From: Candidatus Nanopusillus acidilobi
GTDB taxonomy: Archaea; Nanobdellota; Nanobdellia; Nanobdellales; Nanobdellaceae
Direction: 5' to 3'
DNA length: 32,000 bases
NCBI GenBank assembly: GCA_001552015.1
Contig: CP010514.1
Coordinates: forward strand, 210,001 to 242,000
Part shown: in pieces, positions 26,979 through 32,000 of the stretch
Position numbering within the stretch: the first letter of the stretch is position 1
How the letters are laid out: every line of letters begins with the position of its first letter
The notes under the pieces: model-generated
Seen by the model: only the letters and a program-made list of their open reading frames with translations
Told to the model about the DNA's origin: nothing
Databases searched by the model: none
Translations under genes and position numbers: made by a program

Positions 26979-27560
26979 TTATGGTTTTCCTCTTGAATAT
27001 CCTTTTGTTATTCCCATTGCAATTAAGTGTGCAACTCTAATTGGTTCGGGAATTCTAGAATGTACTGATGTTAATTTAATTATATTTATTACATCATTAT
27101 ATTCTAATCCATAATATTGAAAATATAATGTTCCATATTCTGTTTTATAACTTTTTGGTTCTGGATATTTTTTAACTATTTCTAATCTTTTTTCATAATC
27201 TTTTGTATGTTTAATTGCTTCTATAAATTTATTTATATTTGGTTTTTTCCTTACAAACGATATTATTGGTATCTTTAATCCATTATATAAATATTCAAAA
27301 TCTATTAAATTAAATCCACCAAAAGATATTCCATTTGTTGCTATTATTCTTAATTGATCATAATGTTTTGTCCTTTTTACCATTTCAATTATTTTATCAT
27401 TTATATCAAATCCATCTATTTCAATTTTATTTGATAATATTCCATCTATTTGTAAAGATCCCCTCATTATAACTCCAACAATTATTGTATATTTATCCTT
27501 ATTTCTATCAAAATATCCATCGTCAATTCCTAATATTCTTATTTCTCTTTTGATATCCAT
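26979..27560 (-). CDS. DUF99/UPF0215 protein (endonuclease V-related superfamily)
   Basis: 193 aa; IRILGIDDGYFDRNKDKYTIIVGVIMRGSLQIDGIL, ISFGGFNLIDFEYLYNGLKIPIISFVRKKP. Confidence 0.85.
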   Translation of the reverse strand: MDIKREIRILGIDDGYFDRNKDKYTIIVGVIMRGSLQIDGILSNKIEIDGFDINDKIIEMVKRTKHYDQLRIIATNGISFGGFNLIDFEYLYNGLKIPIISFVRKKPNINKFIEAIKHTKDYEKRLEIVKKYPEPKSYKTEYGTLYFQYYGLEYNDVINIIKLTSVHSRIPEPIRVAHLIAMGITKGYSRGKP

Positions 27561-28120
27561 TTATTAAAATATTTTTCCCAATCTAATTTAAAAAATATTA
27601 TACTCAATAAAATAAATAATATTGAAGATATTATAGATAATTGTAATAAAGGTATTTTTGATATATAACTTATTTTATTTAAAATAAATATTTCAGCATA
27701 TAATTCTAAAAAGGATTTTAATGTTTTTCCTAGAATTGCTATTAAATAATATTTTAATATACTTATTTTTTCAATTCCAAATGATAAAAATAATAGATCA
27801 TCTAATGGTAAAAATGGTAATATAACTAAAAAGAAAAAAATCATGTAGAAGTTTTTACTATTTGATATTATTTTTATGAATAGTAAATTTTTATTATTCT
27901 TTAGTGGTTTTGATAGAAAAATACCAATAATATACATTACAAATTTTCCAGTAGATGCGCCTATACCTAAAATAATAGATACTAAAATTATATTATATAT
28001 ATTTATTCCAACAATTGATAATACTGGTATTGATAATAAAACAAAAGGGGCACCGAATAGAGGGAAAGAATTTAATAAAAATGATTCAAAAAATATGTAC
28101 AATATATAATATATATTCAT
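27539..28120 (-). CDS. Small VTT/DedA-like integral membrane protein
   Basis: 193 aa; polytopic, GIGASTGKFVMYIIG and FFFLVILPFLPLDDLLFLSFG resemble the VTT (SNARE-associated) region. Confidence 0.55.
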   Translation of the reverse strand: MNIYYILYIFFESFLLNSFPLFGAPFVLLSIPVLSIVGINIYNIILVSIILGIGASTGKFVMYIIGIFLSKPLKNNKNLLFIKIISNSKNFYMIFFFLVILPFLPLDDLLFLSFGIEKISILKYYLIAILGKTLKSFLELYAEIFILNKISYISKIPLLQLSIISSILFILLSIIFFKLDWEKYFNKWISKEK

Positions 28121-28560
28121 TCTTCAAATTCTAAAATATCTCCAACAGTTATATAATTTTTATTATCTTTATTATTTATTTTTTCAGTTAATACTTCCTT
28201 TTTAGTTATTTTTATTCCTAATATTTTTTCAATTTTCTTAGCTAAATTCATGTCAGGTATAATTTTTTTATTTTCTATTGATTTATATAGACTTTCTTTT
28301 ATTCCTAACAGTTTTGCCATATCTTCTTGCTTTAATTTATGTTCTTCTCTATATTTTATCAATATTTTATTATAATTTTCATCTATAACTTCTCCTACAA
28401 TCTCTTTTATCTCCAATTTATTTTCTTTTATTATATTTCCATTTTCATCAACAGGTTTTCCATATTTTAAGCAATCTGCGCATACATTTAATATTGTACC
28501 TTCTATATATACTTTATATAGTTTATCCGTACTTTTTCCACATAGTTCACATGTTTTCAT
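28117..28560 (-). CDS. MBF1-like zinc-ribbon/HTH transcriptional coactivator
   Basis: 147 aa; N-terminal CELCGK...CADC ribbon and cro/C1-type HTH YREEHKLKQEDMAKLLGIKESLYKSIENKKIIPD. Confidence 0.85.
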   Translation of the reverse strand: MKTCELCGKSTDKLYKVYIEGTILNVCADCLKYGKPVDENGNIIKENKLEIKEIVGEVIDENYNKILIKYREEHKLKQEDMAKLLGIKESLYKSIENKKIIPDMNLAKKIEKILGIKITKKEVLTEKINNKDNKNYITVGDILEFEE

Positions 28561-29180
28561 TTTATTATTTTTATTATTTCATCTTTATATTCTAATGCTA
28601 TTATAGCACCAATCATTACTCCAAAGGATATTGCTGCAGATAATAATAAATAATATAGAGCTTGAACTAATACTGTTGAATTTAGCCCTAAATATGATAA
28701 TGCAATAATTAAGAATAAATATAATATAGTTCCTTTTACAATTTTTGCAACATTATTCTTTATATTAAATAGATATGCAATAATATCTCCAATAATTATA
28801 CCAGCAACAATTATTATTATTGCAGTATAGATTAAATTTAAGATATAGAATAAATAATAATAGGAAGAAAAATCTACAACAATTCCCAATATTAGAAAAT
28901 ATAATATTATATAATATTTTATTAAACTTAAAATTAGATTTGATATATTTATTCCATAAAATAATTGTGGATTTTTCTTTTGAATTTCATTTAATTTTGT
29001 ATAATTAAATATAATTCTTAATATGAATACAATAACTTTTGCTATTATATATCCAATTGTAGCAAATATTATAAAAATTATAAAGTAAGCTGTATAATCT
29101 TGAATATTTGATAGATATCCTAAAATAGGTTCTCCTATTGATTGGTAAATCTTTAATAATAGTTGACCTATGAAATCCAT
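28557..29180 (-). CDS. Integral membrane protein, resembles small MscS-type TM-helix proteins
   Basis: 207 aa, about five hydrophobic segments; AAISFGVMIGAIIALEYKDEI resembles the channel helix region of MscS-like proteins. Confidence 0.45.
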   Translation of the reverse strand: MDFIGQLLLKIYQSIGEPILGYLSNIQDYTAYFIIFIIFATIGYIIAKVIVFILRIIFNYTKLNEIQKKNPQLFYGINISNLILSLIKYYIILYFLILGIVVDFSSYYYLFYILNLIYTAIIIIVAGIIIGDIIAYLFNIKNNVAKIVKGTILYLFLIIALSYLGLNSTVLVQALYYLLLSAAISFGVMIGAIIALEYKDEIIKIIK

Positions 29181-29200
29181 TAGATTTAATTTAAAAAAAC

Positions 29201-29210
29201 TTTTATAAAA
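29201..29210. promoter_or_regulatory. Perfectly palindromic TATA element TTTTATAAAA centred between the membrane protein gene (-) and tRNA-Ile (+)
   Basis: Centre at 29205.5; the 51 bp spacer 29181-29231 has its midpoint at 29206. Confidence 0.6.
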
Positions 29211-29231
29211 GATAAATAATCATAAATTTTA

Positions 29232-29304
29232 GGGCCCGTGGCTCAGGGGCTAGAGCGTCCGGCTGATAACCGGGAGGTCGGGGGTTCGAATCCCCCCGGG
29301 CCCA
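29232..29304 (+). tRNA. tRNA-Ile (anticodon GAU), no encoded CCA, no intron
   Basis: Acceptor GGGCCCG/CGGGCCC, D arm GCTC..GAGC, anticodon arm TCCGG-CTGATAA-CCGGG, T arm GGGGG-TTCGAAT-CCCCC, discriminator A. Confidence 0.97.
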
Positions 29305-29345
29305 TTTAATTAAATTCATTATTTGCTTTAAATTAGATATATATT

Positions 29346-31013
29346 TTATATTTCTTCTTTCTTTTGTATCTCATATAATTCTCTAATTTCTTGTATTGTA
29401 TTTACATCTTTTTCACTTTTATCCCATCTTATTCTATTAACTCTTGCAAATCTTAATGCAAAACCTGATTTATATTTTGGACTTTTTTGTATTTCATCAT
29501 ATATAACTTCTACAACAATCTTTGGCTTAAACCATACAATTCTTCCTTCTTCTTTTATTTTATATTTTAATAATTCCTTTGTTAATTGAACATATTCATT
29601 ATCAGATAATCCTTTGAATGTTTTTGTTACCATTAAATATTCTCCAGTATCTTTATCTAATGCAGCTAAATATAGATCTGAAATAAAATTTTTTCTTCTC
29701 CCATGTCCCCATTCTCCTCCAATTATTACTAAATCTAATGGTTCTAGATGTCCCTTTACTTTTAACCATGATTTATCTCTTTTTCCAGGAATGTATTTTG
29801 AATCTAATTTCTTTGCAACAAGACCTTCATTTTTCATATTAATAGATTCTTCAAAGAATTTCTTTGCTTCATCTTCTTTATTTGTAATTATCATTGGAGT
29901 TAAATCAATATTTCCTCTAATTTTTTCTAATATTTTTCTTCTATTTATATATTCCTCATTTATTAATAATTTTCCATCTAAATAAATTATATCAAATAAA
30001 AATAATTTAACAGGTATTTCTTTTATATATTTTGAAATTTCATATTCTCTCTTTATTCTTTTTGAAATTTCTTGAAATGGTAATGGTAGATTTTTATTAT
30101 AATCCCATGCAACAATCTCTCCTTCAACAACTACTTCATTATTTTTTATATTATTTAATATCAATTCTACTATATCTGGAAAAGATTTTGTTACATCCTT
30201 TAGTCTCCTAGTAAATATTTTTACCTCATTTCCTTTTTTATGTATTTGTGCCCTTATTCCATCAAACTTAAATTCAAATGCTGCAGGAGAAAAATTATTA
30301 AATACATCTTGGAAATTATTTGCCTTTTCTGCAAGCATTGGTTTAAATGGGTGAAATAATCTAATATTAACATTTTCAATATTTTTTGGATTATCAAATA
30401 AATATTCTGATAGAACTCCAATATCTCCAATTATTGCATGCGCAATTTTAATTTTTTCATCATCAATACTATATATATAGGATAAACAATCTTCAATTGT
30501 TCCTTCTAATACTCCATATCTCATATCTCCTTGTAAAATTCTTGTTAACAATTTTGCTTCTAAAGGTGATAAATTTTTATATATTCCTTCTAGATATAAT
30601 ATTCTTTTTTCTCTAGACCCTTCCCCTTCCAAATTTTCAATTTTCTTTAATTCATTATATATATCAATTATTGTATATTTTTTGGCAAACCATTTGTTTA
30701 ATTTTATATTTCCTTTTTCATAAATAATTTTAACAGCTTCTCCTAAGTCTCCGGATTTTTTATATAATAAACTTAATTCCTTAATATTTACTCCTAAATT
30801 TTTTAATACATTTACAATTGTACTTATAGATATATTTAATTTTCTTTCAATCCATTCTTCTTCAGTATTTCCCAAAATTAACCAAATAGTTATTTTTAAT
30901 TCATTTTTATCTAAAGACTTTATAAATCTAGATAAAACATCAATTTTCAAAGATTTTTCATTAATTTTCTCAACTTTTTCTAATACTTCTGCTAATTCGT
31001 AGAAATATTTCAT
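29346..31013 (-). CDS. lig: ATP-dependent DNA ligase
   Basis: 555 aa; adenylation motif FEFKFDGIRAQIHK, VVEGEIVAWD, EGLVAKKLDSKYIPGKRDKSWLKVK, YQ-like YKSGFALRFARVNRIRWDK. Confidence 0.96.
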   Translation of the reverse strand: MKYFYELAEVLEKVEKINEKSLKIDVLSRFIKSLDKNELKITIWLILGNTEEEWIERKLNISISTIVNVLKNLGVNIKELSLLYKKSGDLGEAVKIIYEKGNIKLNKWFAKKYTIIDIYNELKKIENLEGEGSREKRILYLEGIYKNLSPLEAKLLTRILQGDMRYGVLEGTIEDCLSYIYSIDDEKIKIAHAIIGDIGVLSEYLFDNPKNIENVNIRLFHPFKPMLAEKANNFQDVFNNFSPAAFEFKFDGIRAQIHKKGNEVKIFTRRLKDVTKSFPDIVELILNNIKNNEVVVEGEIVAWDYNKNLPLPFQEISKRIKREYEISKYIKEIPVKLFLFDIIYLDGKLLINEEYINRRKILEKIRGNIDLTPMIITNKEDEAKKFFEESINMKNEGLVAKKLDSKYIPGKRDKSWLKVKGHLEPLDLVIIGGEWGHGRRKNFISDLYLAALDKDTGEYLMVTKTFKGLSDNEYVQLTKELLKYKIKEEGRIVWFKPKIVVEVIYDEIQKSPKYKSGFALRFARVNRIRWDKSEKDVNTIQEIRELYEIQKKEEI

Positions 31014-31052
31014 TATATTTAATATAAAAATGTTTAATCTTATATATCAAAT

Positions 31053-32000
31053 ATGAATATTGATGATTTAAAAAATGTTTTTGAAAAAGAGTTTAAAGAT
31101 TATATAGTTGGAATTAAATTAATTAATAATAAAAGTGCTGAATTTGATAATTTTGAATTTTATAATAAAGAATTAAATGAATATTTAAATTCTAGAAACT
31201 TTAAATTATATAAACATCAAGCTGAGGCATTAAATTTATTATATAAAAATAAAAATCTAATTGTAACAACTCCAACAGCTTCTGGAAAATCTCATATATT
31301 TAGATTATATATTATTGATAATATATTAAAATATCCAAATAAAACATTTTTATTAATTTATCCATTGAGAGCATTATTATATGATCAGTATGAAAAATTT
31401 GAAGAATTAATAAAAGATTTTGAAAATTATACAAATAAAAAATTAAATATTAAGATGAAGTTTATTTTGGGAGATTTAACATATAGTGAAAAGGAAAAAA
31501 TAATAAGGGAAAGACCAAATTTAATATTAACTACAATTGATAATTTACATTTATATATATTAAAAAATCATGATAAATTATTTTATTTCTTTAGGAATTT
31601 AGATTTAATTGTTGTAGATGAATTACATTCATATAGAGGAGTATTTGGAACAAATGCTGCATATACATTTAGGAGATTAATTAGATTATTAAAATATTTC
31701 TATAAAAATAATAATTTCAAAATATTAACATTATCTGCAACATTAAGAAATCCTATAGAATTTGCAAAAAACATGTTTGATCTAGATTTTGAATTAATTG
31801 ATAAAGATTATAGTAATAAATATAGAAAATATATAATTTGTTTGGATCCAAAAAATTCAAGTTCAAGATTATTATTAAAAAGGTCAATAAGAATTTTATT
31901 AGAAAATAATATAAAGTCTTTAATATTTATTGAATCAAAGAAAGGTGTTGAATTATTAAGGTTAGAATCACAAGATTTAGATAAATATAATAAGATTTTT
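31053..32000 (+). CDS. DExH-type superfamily 2 helicase, MrfA/YprA-like, truncated by window end
   Basis: Open for 316 codons to the window edge (absent from the supplied ORF track): LYKHQAEALNLLYKNKNLIVTTPTASGKSHIF, LIVVDELHSYRGVFGTNAAYTFRRLIRLL, ILTLSATLRNPIEFA. Confidence 0.85.
   Translation, partial: MNIDDLKNVFEKEFKDYIVGIKLINNKSAEFDNFEFYNKELNEYLNSRNFKLYKHQAEALNLLYKNKNLIVTTPTASGKSHIFRLYIIDNILKYPNKTFLLIYPLRALLYDQYEKFEELIKDFENYTNKKLNIKMKFILGDLTYSEKEKIIRERPNLILTTIDNLHLYILKNHDKLFYFFRNLDLIVVDELHSYRGVFGTNAAYTFRRLIRLLKYFYKNNNFKILTLSATLRNPIEFAKNMFDLDFELIDKDYSNKYRKYIICLDPKNSSSRLLLKRSIRILLENNIKSLIFIESKKGVELLRLESQDLDKYNKIF

Noticed and set aside
26808-26996. 62 aa plus-strand ORF at the secD start
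   Set aside because: Overlaps the secD N-terminus in antisense and has no promoter or domain support.
28820-29008. 62 aa plus-strand ORF within the MscS-like gene
   Set aside because: Shadow ORF, Asn/Ile/Leu-rich.
29614-29985. 123 aa plus-strand ORF opposite the DNA ligase gene
   Set aside because: Antisense to essential ligase motifs; Phe/Ser-rich translation typical of a reverse-frame artefact.
1-32000. Search for CRISPR array, IS element, integrase or toxin-antitoxin module
   Set aside because: I saw no regularly spaced repeats, transposase motifs or terminal inverted repeats, and no recognisable toxin-antitoxin pair. The MazG-like and MBF1-like genes are better explained as housekeeping genes.

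Overview
This is a compact, strongly AT-rich archaeal chromosomal segment. The very GC-rich tRNAs (about 73% and 67% GC by my count) suggest a hyperthermophile. The gene content and short, AT-rich, tightly packed genes suggest a DPANN/Nanoarchaeota-like genome, but that is inference. The window is mostly core cellular genes: thermosome (partial), a type IV pilus/secretion-like cluster, an RPA-like OB-fold protein, Mre11-Rad50, a KaiC-domain ATPase, RNase HII, Cbf5, ribosomal proteins S4 and S13, HerA, tRNA-Ser(UGA), a MazG-like protein, a P-type proton ATPase, class II LysRS, MarC, TrmI, endonuclease IV, SecD, DUF99, MBF1, tRNA-Ile(GAU), an ATP-dependent DNA ligase and a partial DExH helicase. 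I found no CRISPR array, transposon or obvious new defence system. The most notable observations are: (1) an apparently leaderless promoter architecture, with divergent units separated by about 50 bp around one central, near-palindromic TATA element; (2) systematic 3' overlaps of convergent genes; (3) a pilus-like locus with poorly characterised, cysteine-containing pilin-like proteins; (4) an undescribed membrane protein with an HEIAH metalloprotease-like motif; and (5) a P-type proton pump in a probably reduced genome.
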